From: Gammaproteobacteria bacterium
GTDB taxonomy: Bacteria; Pseudomonadota; Gammaproteobacteria; JBCCGL01
NCBI GenBank assembly: GCA_965277715.1
Contig: OZ255836.1
Coordinates: 1,376,001 to 1,440,000 of the forward strand
Reading direction: 5' to 3'
DNA: 64,000 bases
Every line of letters begins with the position of its first letter. The first letter of the stretch is position 1. Positions 1 to 10,255 of this stretch are shown piece by piece. Made by a program: the position numbers and the translations under genes. A model generated the notes under the pieces. The model had not been told where the DNA came from. It ran no database searches and saw nothing but the letters and a program-made list of their open reading frames with translations.

Positions 1-2
1 AA

Positions 3-1103
3 TCCACCGGTGCCACCTTTCCATCTGCAGCACCTATTCCCAACGCCACACTCGCGACAACGCTGTTATCACTGTTAACGCAACTGGATACTCACGAAAT
101 AGACAGCAAAACGCTGACACAACTACAACACGATATTCAAAAAGCAAAAACACCGATACAGTGGCGCAGCGCGATAGAAAAAGTAATTGAACAGGTACGC
201 ATAGAACTCTCAGCCATTCATAATGAAAAAAATACACTGTTAGTCTTTATAAAAAAACTGACTGAACAGCTTTCAGGGCTGGAAAAAGTAGCGCTAACCG
301 CCACACAGAATATAGGCAAGGCAAAAAAACGCTCCGCTACGATGAGCGACAGCTTACTCGGTGAGATGGAAGCTTTATCACAACACATGCTTGACAGTGA
401 TGATATTGCAAAAATCAAACAGCAAATTAGCCGACACCTGAATTCAACACTAAAGAATATGCAACAGTATTTTGTCCAGGAAACGGCCTATCTCGACGAG
501 GCAGAAAAAACCAACCAGGCACTATCAGGCCAATTGCGTATGGCACTCAAAGAGGCAGACGCATTGCGTGGTCAGTTGCGGGAAAGCCAACAGGCACTTT
601 CAGAAGATGTGCTCACGGGTGTCCCGAACCGGCATGCCTACGAAGAACGTGCAAACTTTGAAGTAACCCGGCATTTACGCAACAAACAAGCGCTCACCTA
701 TACAATCTGGGATATCGATCACTTTAAATCAATCAATGACACTTATGGTCACAGTGCTGGGGATAAGGTGTTAAAAATGATTGCACAGTTATTAAAAAAG
801 TCCGTCAGGCAAACCGATTTTATGGCGCGCATCGGGGGCGAAGAGTTTGTCATATTATTGATTGGAACCTCACCGGAAGAAGCGATAAAAATCGCCAACA
901 CAATCCGCAAAAGCATAGAAACCACTCGATTCGACTACAAAGGCGCTGTTATTAACGTCACCGCCTCGTGTGGTCTTACCTACTTAACTGCAACAGATAA
1001 TGTCGACACCCTATACCAGCGCGCCGATGCTGCACTGTACCAGGCAAAGCGTGGCGGTCGAAATCGCTGTATTAGCGCTGAAATGCACACCGAAGCGGCC
1101 TGA
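3..1103 (+). CDS. GGDEF diguanylate cyclase with coiled-coil N-terminus (5'-truncated by window edge)
   Basis: Frame is open from position 3 into ORF 342..1103; motifs DVLTGVPNR, DIDHFKSINDTYGH, ARIGGEEF, RADAALYQAKRGGRN. Confidence 0.93.
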   Translation, partial: STGATFPSAAPIPNATLATTLLSLLTQLDTHEIDSKTLTQLQHDIQKAKTPIQWRSAIEKVIEQVRIELSAIHNEKNTLLVFIKKLTEQLSGLEKVALTATQNIGKAKKRSATMSDSLLGEMEALSQHMLDSDDIAKIKQQISRHLNSTLKNMQQYFVQETAYLDEAEKTNQALSGQLRMALKEADALRGQLRESQQALSEDVLTGVPNRHAYEERANFEVTRHLRNKQALTYTIWDIDHFKSINDTYGHSAGDKVLKMIAQLLKKSVRQTDFMARIGGEEFVILLIGTSPEEAIKIANTIRKSIETTRFDYKGAVINVTASCGLTYLTATDNVDTLYQRADAALYQAKRGGRNRCISAEMHTEAA

Positions 1104-1109
1104 CAGCTT

Positions 1110-1238
1110 AGGAGTGCTGGCAAGGCGCAATGGAGGACAACAGCCATTATATTGTGGCGCGTTGTAACGCCGCCAGCGCGGAAAAGGGCCAAACCGGCTT
1201 TTCCGCAGTAGAGAGTCCAGAACCCGACAGATCCCTAA
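1110..1238 (+). repeat. Degenerate intergenic MITE/REP-like element, family A copy 1
   Basis: gcgcggaaaagggccaaaccggcttttcc...aacccgacagatccc aligns by eye with 57797..57861; left boundary approximate. Confidence 0.55.
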
Positions 1239-1344
1239 CAATGGAAAAAGTAAAATTTATCCTTAGTGTGGCATAGACAGTGTGATAGGCTAAAACCTGC
1301 CAATCCGAGGCGACAATACAGCCCTCTCTAGCCGAGACACTTCC

Positions 1345-2673
1345 ATTTCCTACCTATTACCCAACAATACACAGCAGTGGCATGCACGCGTTTGGCGACT
1401 CGCAGGGCCAATAATACTTTCTAATTTATCAGTACCCCTGGTAGGTATCGTCGACACAGCCGTCGTCGGCCACCTTCCCGACCCTGTTTACATTGGCGCC
1501 GTGGCGCTGGGTGCCATCATTTTTGGCTTTGTATTCTGGGGCTTCGGCTTTTTACGCATGGGCACAACCGGGTTTATCGCACAAGCCTGGGGAGCGGGTA
1601 ATGGCAATGAAATCCGCGCTATCGTGGCACGTGCCGCCGTACTGGCGCTATTACTCGGTGCCGTATTGATTGCACTGCAAACCCCTATTATCAACGCTGC
1701 GCTATGGGTACTGGAAGGCAGCGATGACCTCAAAAGCCATACGCGGCACTATTTTGATATCCGTATCTGGTCGGCCCCTGCAACACTGGCCAATTACGCT
1801 ATTCTGGGCTGCTTGATTGGTATGCAAAATACCCGTGCCGTATTGCTTGTTCAGTTATGCTTAAACCTGAGTAATGTGCTGTTGGATTTAGTGTTTGTCG
1901 TCGGCTTTGGTATGGATGTCGATGGTGTAGCCACCGCTACATTAATTAGCGAGTATATTGCCGCGATAGTCGGTGCATTCATTGTCTATCGACAACTTAC
2001 GGGCATTCATGGTCGGTTCAACGGCATTGCCATGTTTAATCGCCATGATGTGCGCGCCATGTTGACGGTTAATGCCAATATATTTATCCGTACACTGTGC
2101 CTTATTCTGGCCTTTTTCCTGTTCACAGCAAAAGGCACTCAGTTGGGTGAACCTATTCTTGCCGCCAACGCTGTATTGATGCATTTTTTACAACTTATTG
2201 CCTATGGGCTGGATGGTTTTGCACATGCGGCTGAAGCGCTTGTGGGTGGCGCCATCGGCTCACGCAACCGCCATGTATTTAAGCAGGCTGTTCGCGTTAC
2301 CACTATTTGGGCGTTTGCAGTTGCATTGACCTGCTCATTGATTTACTTTTTTTTCGGTGTGTTTTTAATCGGGATGATCACTGACATTCCCAGCGTGCAG
2401 GAAACGGCACACGTATACCTTCCCTGGCTGATTATAGCCCCTCTGCTTTCGGTCTGGAGCTACCAGTTAGATGGGATTTTTATCGGTGCAACCCGCACAA
2501 CTGAGATGCGCAACGCCATGCTGTTCTCGCTGTTATTCTTTGTCGTTACCTCCTGGTTTCTGACTGATTATTACGCCAACCACGGCTTGTGGGTGTCGCT
2601 GCTCTTGTTTAATCTTGTCCGTGCAGCCAGCCTTGCTGCGTATTTTCCAAGGCTGCAAAAAAATATCTGTTAA
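1345..2673 (+). CDS. dinF: MATE family efflux transporter (DinF-like); start uncertain, probably non-canonical
   Basis: Multi-TM protein with FGFLRMGTTG and LDGFAHAAEAL motifs; the conserved N-terminus WRLAGPIILSNLSVPLVGIVDTAVVGHL is in frame upstream of the annotated GTG at 1501. Confidence 0.88.
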   Translation: MSYLLPNNTQQWHARVWRLAGPIILSNLSVPLVGIVDTAVVGHLPDPVYIGAVALGAIIFGFVFWGFGFLRMGTTGFIAQAWGAGNGNEIRAIVARAAVLALLLGAVLIALQTPIINAALWVLEGSDDLKSHTRHYFDIRIWSAPATLANYAILGCLIGMQNTRAVLLVQLCLNLSNVLLDLVFVVGFGMDVDGVATATLISEYIAAIVGAFIVYRQLTGIHGRFNGIAMFNRHDVRAMLTVNANIFIRTLCLILAFFLFTAKGTQLGEPILAANAVLMHFLQLIAYGLDGFAHAAEALVGGAIGSRNRHVFKQAVRVTTIWAFAVALTCSLIYFFFGVFLIGMITDIPSVQETAHVYLPWLIIAPLLSVWSYQLDGIFIGATRTTEMRNAMLFSLLFFVVTSWFLTDYYANHGLWVSLLLFNLVRAASLAAYFPRLQKNIC

Positions 2674-2676
2674 ACC

Positions 2677-3693
2677 ATGCACATTGAAAAAAACATCTCA
2701 CTCAAAAACTTAAATTCGTTTGGGTTTGATGTCTCTGCTGAGTATTTCATCACGGCAAAATCAAACGATGATCTGCACCAGGCGATCGAATGGGCCAACA
2801 GCCGCTCGCTACCTATTTTCATACTGGGTGGTGGCAGTAACATTGTCTTAACAAAAAATATTCAGGGATTGGTTATTAATGTCGACACGCGGGGAATTGT
2901 CCTCTGTAGTGAATCTGAACACAGTGTTGAACTGGCTGTACAGGCAGGTGAACCGTGGCATGATTTTGTTGACTACTGCATTGCACACCACTATTTTGGT
3001 ATAGAAAACCTTTCCCTGATCCCCGGTAAATTAGGCGCCGCCCCGATTCAAAATATCGGTGCCTATGGTGTCGAGTTTAGCGATTTTTTTATAACCCTAA
3101 ACGCCATTAATTTATCAACAGGCGAATCAGTTCAACTGGATAAATCCGATTGTATGTTTGCCTATAGAAACAGCATATTTAAACAGGCTCTAAAAAACAC
3201 CTACCTGATTACTGAGGTGCGGTTAAGGCTGGCGAAACGGTTTGTGGCAAACACCCGTTACGGCAATATTAAACAACTGCTTGAAGAATCTGTGGATGGG
3301 ACACCCAGCGCCCGCGAGCTAAGTAATGTTATCTGCCAATTGCGGCGCAGCAAGCTGCCTGATCCCAGACAACTGGGAAATGCGGGCAGTTTTTTCACCA
3401 ACCCAATAGTTCCCCGGCATCAATTTGAACAACTGCACGACCAATACCCTAATATCGTCGGTTTTAGCGTAGATGAACAACACTGCAAACTGGCTGCCGG
3501 TTGGTTAATTGAACAGTGTGGGTGGAAGGGGTTTCGCGATGCGCGGGTGGGGGTTCATGCACAACAGGCGCTGGTACTGATCAATCACACTGAGGGGTGT
3601 GGAAATGACATTATTGCACTGGCAGATAAAATCAGACAATCTGTGCTTGATACGTTTTCTGTAACACTGGCAATTGAACCTTTGGTGTTTTAA
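2677..3693 (+). CDS. murB: UDP-N-acetylenolpyruvoylglucosamine reductase
   Basis: LGGGSN, ENLSLIPG..GAAPIQNIGAYG, GNAGSFFTNP, QALVLIN. Confidence 0.97.
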   Translation: MHIEKNISLKNLNSFGFDVSAEYFITAKSNDDLHQAIEWANSRSLPIFILGGGSNIVLTKNIQGLVINVDTRGIVLCSESEHSVELAVQAGEPWHDFVDYCIAHHYFGIENLSLIPGKLGAAPIQNIGAYGVEFSDFFITLNAINLSTGESVQLDKSDCMFAYRNSIFKQALKNTYLITEVRLRLAKRFVANTRYGNIKQLLEESVDGTPSARELSNVICQLRRSKLPDPRQLGNAGSFFTNPIVPRHQFEQLHDQYPNIVGFSVDEQHCKLAAGWLIEQCGWKGFRDARVGVHAQQALVLINHTEGCGNDIIALADKIRQSVLDTFSVTLAIEPLVF

Positions 3694-3732
3694 CCTAAAT
3701 TCCGCAGTAGATTCAACTGAGGAATTTAGGTT
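3692..3732. repeat. REP-like palindrome, family B (AACCTAAATTCCGCAG-TAGATTCAA-CTGAGGAATTTAGGTT)
   Basis: Near-perfect inverted repeat at the murB stop; partial inverted copy at 28256..28289. Confidence 0.8.
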
Positions 3733-3897
3733 TAATCACGTTTTAGGAACGTGTACCGGGCACACTACCAGCGTTATCTTTACGACGAGTAGACCGCCGG
3801 TTCAGCGGGAGTGGTGTTTAATTACCTACACTTGGTTTGCTCGGTTTAGGTTTATAAAAAAGCCAATCTCAGGTTTTTTATACAATGGCTGTATGCA

Positions 3898-5058
3898 TTA
3901 ATCCGACAATAAATCCTTGCCACTATTCTCTGCCAATGCGTGTGCGCCAGCAATAGCACACACTTCCATCCCCGGCAGCGTATAACGCCCAATGCGACGG
4001 GAATACAGAACCCCCGCAACCGGCGCCAGCAACGGTGTGGGCAGCTGATCTTTATCCAATGCAAACAAAGTGGCCACACAGTCACCCTTCTCCACTTGAT
4101 CACCGGGCGAACAACAAAAACTCACAACCCCCGCCTGCGGCGCAAACACCTGCCCAACCCCATCAAATGGCGTTGGTTCACATTGCAGCGCGGGCACGGG
4201 AGGCGGTGTACCTGCGAGCACACCACGCGCTTGCAGATAGGCGTAAATCCCCTGCGCATCCCGCTCTGCAATATTTTCATCAACATCCGTTTGCCCACGC
4301 AATTCCACTGTAGTGGCCATACAGGCATTGTCAATCGGGGCATTGGGAAACCGGTCGGCAAGTCGCTGCCATAGCGCACCGTTCGCCTCATCAAATGGAT
4401 TAGCGGGTGAAGGTGCCGCCAACAACACCGAGCGACAACCGAGATACGCGGCGAGATCCTCAGCCTGAGACCACAGCTCAGGCAGTACAAAAAAATACAA
4501 CACCGCTTCGTTATCGCAGTGCAAATCGAAAACAAAATCGGCATCGACAGCGCGTGAAAACAGTGCATGTTTAAGCACATCGACTATCGATTGTGGCTTC
4601 ATCTGTGCCATTATTGCTATACAGGCAGCGCGAATCGTATGGGTGTTTTCAAGCCTGTCACCGCCCAATTTATCCGCAACCCGGTCGGCGACAGCCTCGG
4701 CAATATCTGGATAATCACGGTTAAAGTTCTTGCCATTCTCAGCATAAAAACGGCCCTGCTGGGCGCCGAAAGAAAACTGGTTTAGGCCGACGGGATTGGC
4801 AAACGGCGCCACGATAATCGAGCCTTCAATCTCACCGCGTGCATCGGCTTCATCTAATTTTTGCAGCAGTTTGTATAACACCAGTAAACCCGGTGTCTCG
4901 TCGGCGTGCAGCGCAGCCTGCAAATAGGCCTTAGGGCCAGCGCCTGGCGTGCCGTAATGATGAAAGTTGAGCATTTGTGTACTGCCAGGCACTGGACCGG
5001 GCAATGCAACTGATTCCAGCCGATGGCTGTTTTTTGAGGGCACGGTAACATCTCGCAT
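3898..5058 (-). CDS. Succinylglutamate desuccinylase/aspartoacylase (M14) family metallohydrolase
   Basis: QAALHADETPG, NFNR and DLHCD motifs, C-terminal lipoyl-like segment; start could be GTG at 5043. Confidence 0.88.
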   Translation of the reverse strand: MRDVTVPSKNSHRLESVALPGPVPGSTQMLNFHHYGTPGAGPKAYLQAALHADETPGLLVLYKLLQKLDEADARGEIEGSIIVAPFANPVGLNQFSFGAQQGRFYAENGKNFNRDYPDIAEAVADRVADKLGGDRLENTHTIRAACIAIMAQMKPQSIVDVLKHALFSRAVDADFVFDLHCDNEAVLYFFVLPELWSQAEDLAAYLGCRSVLLAAPSPANPFDEANGALWQRLADRFPNAPIDNACMATTVELRGQTDVDENIAERDAQGIYAYLQARGVLAGTPPPVPALQCEPTPFDGVGQVFAPQAGVVSFCCSPGDQVEKGDCVATLFALDKDQLPTPLLAPVAGVLYSRRIGRYTLPGMEVCAIAGAHALAENSGKDLLSD

Positions 5059-5107
5059 AAGTATTTCTGCTATTCTAACGCGCTTTTTCAACTAGCCAAC
5101 ACCTGCA

Positions 5108-5959
5108 ATGACACAACGTTTTGACAGTACCAAAAACTATATCGCCAGCGAAGATTTGAAAACCGCTGTAAATGCTGCCGTCACACTCGAACGCCCACTA
5201 CTGATAAAGGGTGAACCCGGCACTGGCAAGACCCAATTGGCCGAAGAGGTGGCGGCGGCCTTTGGTGCGCAGTTAATTCAGTGGCACATCAAATCGACGA
5301 CCAAGGCACAGCAGGGGTTATACGAATACGATGCAGTATCACGCCTGCGTGATTCACAGCTTGGCGATGAAAAAGTACACGATATTGGCAACTATATTGT
5401 GCAGGGAAAATTATGGGAAGCGTTTGCCGCAAATCAACGTGCGGTGCTATTAATCGATGAAATCGACAAGGCCGATATTGAGTTCCCTAACGATCTGTTG
5501 CTGGAGCTTGATAAGATGGCGTTTTATGTCTATGAAACCCGGCAGTGGGTACGTGCGGTGCATCGTCCACTGGTGATTATCACCAGCAACAATGAAAAGG
5601 AATTACCCGATGCCTTTCTGCGCCGTTGTTTTTTTCACTATATCCAATTCCCCGATCAAGATACCCTTCACGCCATTGTCGACACCCACTTCCCCGGATT
5701 AAAACAGGATTTACTCAGTGAGGCATTAAATATTTTCCTCGCTATTCGCGACGTACCGGGGCTGAAGAAAAAGCCTTCAACCTCAGAGTTACTCGATTGG
5801 ATTAAGCTGCTGTTGGCCGAGGATATTCCCGCCGATGTGTTGCGTGAAAGCAGTAAAGAAAAATTGATCCCGCGTATGCATGGTGCGCTGTTAAAAAACG
5901 AACAGGATGTGCATTTATTTGAGCAGTTGGTATTCTTAAACCGGCGCGAACGTGCCTGA
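5108..5959 (+). CDS. MoxR family AAA+ ATPase
   Basis: GEPGTGKT Walker A, LLIDEIDKAD Walker B, ITSNNEKELPDAFLRRC. Confidence 0.95.
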   Translation: MTQRFDSTKNYIASEDLKTAVNAAVTLERPLLIKGEPGTGKTQLAEEVAAAFGAQLIQWHIKSTTKAQQGLYEYDAVSRLRDSQLGDEKVHDIGNYIVQGKLWEAFAANQRAVLLIDEIDKADIEFPNDLLLELDKMAFYVYETRQWVRAVHRPLVIITSNNEKELPDAFLRRCFFHYIQFPDQDTLHAIVDTHFPGLKQDLLSEALNIFLAIRDVPGLKKKPSTSELLDWIKLLLAEDIPADVLRESSKEKLIPRMHGALLKNEQDVHLFEQLVFLNRRERA

Positions 5960-5965
5960 TACATA

Positions 5966-7150
5966 ATGTTGCTACCATTATTTAATGGGCTGCGCAAAGC
6001 CGGTGTACCGGTTTCACTGAGCGAGTACTTATCACTGCTGCGCGGTCTGGAGCGCGGTGTTGCCGGAAATAGCATCGGGCAGTTTTATCATTTCGCCCGT
6101 ATTGCATTGGTCAAGGATGAGCAATATTACGACCGCTTTGATGCCGTATTCGCTCACTTTTATGACGGCGTGCAAAACGCCTTGAGCGAGACAACCGCGA
6201 CCATTCCCGATGAGTGGCTACGCAAACAGCTCGAACGCCATTTAAGCGATGAGGAAAAAGCGCAGATTCAATCACTCGGTGGCTGGGATAAATTAATGGA
6301 AACCCTGCGCGAGCGACTCGCTGAGCAGGAGAAACGCCACCAGGGCGGTAGCAAGATGATTGGCACGGCGGGCACATCCCCCTTTGGTGCCTACGGCTAT
6401 AACCCCGAGGGTATCCGCATTGGCCAGGATGGCTCCCGCCACCGCAGCGCGGTCAAGGTATGGGATCAACGCAGCTACCGAAACCTCGATGGTGAGCGCG
6501 AGCTTGGCACGCGCAATATTAAAGTGGCGCTGCGTAAGTTACGCCGCTTTGCACGTGAGGGTGCCGCCGAGCAGCTCGACCTCGACAACACCATCCACGC
6601 CACGGCCCGCAACGCGGGTATGCTGGATTTAAAAATGATTGCCGAGCGCCACAATGCTGTGAAAGTACTGATTTTCTTCGACATTGGTGGTTCGATGGAT
6701 GACCATATTCGCGTTTGCGAGGCGCTATTTTCTGCGGTACGCACTGAATTTAAACACCTCGAATATTATTACTTCCACAATTTTCTATACGAGCGTGTCT
6801 GGCAGGACAACCGCCGCCGACAGACGAATACCCTGCAGACATTTGAATTAATGCGTACCTACGCAGCCGACTATAAGATTATTTTTGTTGGCGATGCCAC
6901 GATGAGCCCGTATGAAATTGCTTATCCAGGCGGCAGTGTTGAACACTGGAACGAGGAGTCAGGGGAAGTGTGGATTAAACGCATACTCGCTACCTGGCCG
7001 CAGGCCGTGTGGCTGAACCCAGTAAAAGAATCGCGTTGGCCACGCATTCCCTCGGTTAGATTAACGCGGGAATTATTATCTGACAGGATGTTTCCACTGA
7101 CCTTGGATGGTTTGGATCGTGCGATTGGATCGTTGCAACGTAGACAATAA
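5966..7150 (+). CDS. VWA-domain protein (CoxE-like), MoxR partner
   Basis: DIGGSMD MIDAS-like motif, GTAGTSPFGAYG, FVGDATMSPYE; directly follows MoxR. Confidence 0.92.
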   Translation: MLLPLFNGLRKAGVPVSLSEYLSLLRGLERGVAGNSIGQFYHFARIALVKDEQYYDRFDAVFAHFYDGVQNALSETTATIPDEWLRKQLERHLSDEEKAQIQSLGGWDKLMETLRERLAEQEKRHQGGSKMIGTAGTSPFGAYGYNPEGIRIGQDGSRHRSAVKVWDQRSYRNLDGERELGTRNIKVALRKLRRFAREGAAEQLDLDNTIHATARNAGMLDLKMIAERHNAVKVLIFFDIGGSMDDHIRVCEALFSAVRTEFKHLEYYYFHNFLYERVWQDNRRRQTNTLQTFELMRTYAADYKIIFVGDATMSPYEIAYPGGSVEHWNEESGEVWIKRILATWPQAVWLNPVKESRWPRIPSVRLTRELLSDRMFPLTLDGLDRAIGSLQRRQ

Positions 7151-7204
7151 TAAGGAGCGTGCACAAAATAAATTCCGGGATTTAGCAGAATTACACAACA
7201 AACC

Positions 7205-8263
7205 CTAAGCCGACAAAGAAACAAACCCCCCACTCTGCTGTTTAAACGCAACCGCTAAAAACTTAGCCCCCACAATACTGACCCCACGCGAATACTGACA
7301 ATACACTACCTCGGCAACCGCTTTAAAATGCGCAGCATTGACCTTAACCACCTGACCGGCATCGAGCGGCGTCGGCATCGACACACTCAAACCAGTTGGT
7401 GACAAATCACCCAACACACCGCGTATCGGCGCGCCGGGCCAATACACATAAACACGGGCAGAATTCACCTGCTGCATACGCGCCAAACTGCGGCGCGGTG
7501 CACTGACAAAACGCGCCGCCGGTAAAGACAAAGGGCTGTCACACTCCCCACAAAAAAGCGACGACTCCATTAAGGCACTGTCTGAATAAGGGGTTTTACA
7601 AAACCGGCAATAATGTCTTATCAGCGGACAATATGCTGCCTGCGTATTGGCTTTTTGTAGCACTTCAGGCGTACCGGTGGATCCATGCAACCCCAATTCA
7701 GTTGCGGGCATACCAACCGGGTTATCCTCTACGCCGTAGGCACTGCGCAGCTTATTCACACTGGCGGCATGGACATGGGTGTTTAGCAAAGCATCGTATT
7801 GCGCTCTCAACCGGGTGTCGCTGAGTACCGAAAACGCCTCCTCCATCAGTGGCCGATCAGCCGCTGCGCTGCCTTTTAACAGCGTGTGGTAGCTCGCTTT
7901 TATGACCTCGTATTCAGCGTCAGGTTGAATCTGTAACAGACGGTAGTAGTTGCGGTAGTTACCATCCTGCTGTGTTGGCACAGCACCGCCTGCCGACTGC
8001 GGGTTATCCCCGATCACCCCACCCGAAGACAGGGTTTTTATGCTGTACCGCCCCAGCAACGCAATATCATAGGCTGCGCGTTTTTTCACATCGCGCAGCG
8101 TGGTGTAAGCCTGATTGATAATACCCGCATCCCAATGTTCACCGCCCAGATCCGGGTGCATCCGCAGTTTCTGCATCAGTGAGCGGTAGCTCTGCTGAAT
8201 TACCTCACGCGAAGCGTCTGGCTGAACGCGGAGAATGCGGTAGAAATTGCGGCGGTTGTCCAT
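7205..8263 (-). CDS. J-domain + degenerate J-like domain + Cys4 Zn-ribbon + PilZ-like domain protein
   Basis: NFYRILRV...HPDLGG...AYTTLRD.KKRAAYD; second repeat NYYRLLQI...AFSVLSD.RLRAQYD without HPD; CRFC...CGEC; RSLAR and DLSPTG. Confidence 0.8.
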   Translation of the reverse strand: MDNRRNFYRILRVQPDASREVIQQSYRSLMQKLRMHPDLGGEHWDAGIINQAYTTLRDVKKRAAYDIALLGRYSIKTLSSGGVIGDNPQSAGGAVPTQQDGNYRNYYRLLQIQPDAEYEVIKASYHTLLKGSAAADRPLMEEAFSVLSDTRLRAQYDALLNTHVHAASVNKLRSAYGVEDNPVGMPATELGLHGSTGTPEVLQKANTQAAYCPLIRHYCRFCKTPYSDSALMESSLFCGECDSPLSLPAARFVSAPRRSLARMQQVNSARVYVYWPGAPIRGVLGDLSPTGLSVSMPTPLDAGQVVKVNAAHFKAVAEVVYCQYSRGVSIVGAKFLAVAFKQQSGGFVSLSA

Positions 8264-8286
8264 TGAAATGGTTTATCGATAAGGGT

Positions 8287-10083
8287 TTACCCGTCATCGG
8301 CAGGGGGGCGGTCTGCCTGAACCCGTCGCACCCGCAAAGACAGTTCTTTTAGCTGGCGCTCAGACACTTCACCCGGGGCACTGGTCAACGGGCAACTGGC
8401 CGTCTGTGTTTTTGGGAATGCCATGACTTCACGAATCGACGCGGCGCCAGTCATTAACATCGCCAGCCGATCCAGCCCAAAGGCCAGCCCACCGTGGGGC
8501 GGCGCACCGTATTTCAGGGCATTCAGCAAAAAGCCAAACTTCTCTTCGGCCTCTTCATCGCCAATACCCAACACCCGCAATGCGCAGCGTTGCAGCTCAG
8601 TGGAATGGATACGAATCGACCCGCCGCCAATCTCGCTGCCGTTAAGCACCATATCGTAAGCACGGGATAAACACTCACCCGGATTGGCCTCCAGGGCTTC
8701 GGGGGATTCCACCGCAGGGGCCGTAAAGGGGTGGTGCAGTGCCTGCCAGCGCTTCTCGCGCCCGTCCCATTCAAACATCGGGAAATCGACAACCCACAGC
8801 GGCGCCCAATCACCCGCTACCCGGCCTGTGTCATGCCCCAGCTTGACCCGCAGAGCACCCAGTGACTCATTCACCACTTTGGCGCTGTCTGCGCCAAAAA
8901 AGACAATATCGCCATCGGCGGCGGCGGTGCGCTGCACAATCGCCTCAATCACCTCATCGGGTAAGAATTTGAGGATGGGGGATTGCAAACCCTCACGCCC
9001 CGCGCTCACCTGATTGCATTTGATATACGCCAGGCCCTTGGCGCCGTAACGGCCAACATAGCGTGTGTAGTCATCGATTTCCTTGCGTGACAACGCGCTA
9101 CCAGCGGGCAATCGCAACGCGGCAACGCGCCCGTTGGCGTCTTTGGCCGGGCCGGAAAAAACCTTGAATTCAACCTCGGCCATCAAATCGGAAATATCGA
9201 CAAGCTCTAGATCGATGCGCAAATCGGGTTTATCTGAGCCATAGCGGTGCATCGCCTCGGCATAGGTAATGCGCGGGAATGGATTGGGCAGTTCGACACC
9301 CAGCACCTCGGCGAACATCTCGCGCATCATCGTTTCGTTGAGTTGCATAATCTGGTTTTCGTCCATGAATGACATTTCGATGTCGAGCTGGGTGAACTCG
9401 GGTTGGCGGTCGGCCCGCAAGTCCTCATCGCGGAAGCAACGCGCCACCTGATAGTAGCGGTCAAAGCCCGACATCATCAACAGTTGTTTAAACAATTGGG
9501 GGGATTGTGGCAGGGCAAAGAATTCGCCGGGGTGGGTGCGGCTGGGCACCAGATAATCGCGTGCCCCCTCCGGTGTCGCCCGTGTCAAAATCGGGGTATC
9601 TATATCGAGAAAGCCCTGCTTATCCAGAAATTTGCGCAGGTAGCTGATAATGCCTGCACGCATCTTCATACGCGTTTGCATTTCCGGTCGGCGCAGGTCG
9701 ATATAGCGGTAGCGCAATCGATGCTCTTCGCTGACATCGGTATCATCCAACTGAAATGGTGGCGTCTCGGCGCGGTTGAGCACGTGCAGGTCAAGCCCCA
9801 ATACTTCAATTTCCCCCGTGCGCAAATCGGGATTTACCGTGCCCTCCGGGCGATTGCGCACACGGCCACGAATCTGCAACACAAATTCATTGCGGATCTC
9901 TTCTGCCAGGGCAAATATTTCCGGCGTATCAGGATCGAAGACAATTTGCACCAAGCCTTCACGGTCGCGCAGGTCGACAAAAATAACCCCTCCGTGGTCG
10001 CGGCGACGGTGTACCCAGCCGCATAATGTAATTTCCTGATCCAACAGTGCAGTATCGACCTCACCGCAGTAATGACTTCGCAT
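8287..10083 (-). CDS. aspS: Aspartate--tRNA ligase (RRDHGG suggests the non-discriminating Asp/Asn type)
   Basis: [57 protein letters not shown]. Confidence 0.98.
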   Translation of the reverse strand: MRSHYCGEVDTALLDQEITLCGWVHRRRDHGGVIFVDLRDREGLVQIVFDPDTPEIFALAEEIRNEFVLQIRGRVRNRPEGTVNPDLRTGEIEVLGLDLHVLNRAETPPFQLDDTDVSEEHRLRYRYIDLRRPEMQTRMKMRAGIISYLRKFLDKQGFLDIDTPILTRATPEGARDYLVPSRTHPGEFFALPQSPQLFKQLLMMSGFDRYYQVARCFRDEDLRADRQPEFTQLDIEMSFMDENQIMQLNETMMREMFAEVLGVELPNPFPRITYAEAMHRYGSDKPDLRIDLELVDISDLMAEVEFKVFSGPAKDANGRVAALRLPAGSALSRKEIDDYTRYVGRYGAKGLAYIKCNQVSAGREGLQSPILKFLPDEVIEAIVQRTAAADGDIVFFGADSAKVVNESLGALRVKLGHDTGRVAGDWAPLWVVDFPMFEWDGREKRWQALHHPFTAPAVESPEALEANPGECLSRAYDMVLNGSEIGGGSIRIHSTELQRCALRVLGIGDEEAEEKFGFLLNALKYGAPPHGGLAFGLDRLAMLMTGAASIREVMAFPKTQTASCPLTSAPGEVSERQLKELSLRVRRVQADRPPADDG

Positions 10084-10255
10084 AGTGTATTTCCAACAGC
10101 GTATTAATTGATGTGAAACAGGGTTCAGCCCCGAGTGAGACCAAGCCCTGTAGAGAAGCTAAAAGGCCGCAATGGTAAGCGCTTGAGGGGGATTTCGCAA
10201 TCGGCTATGGCAGCCGGTTGCGGTGGGTAATTCACTGCCTGGTGGTAGCCATCCA

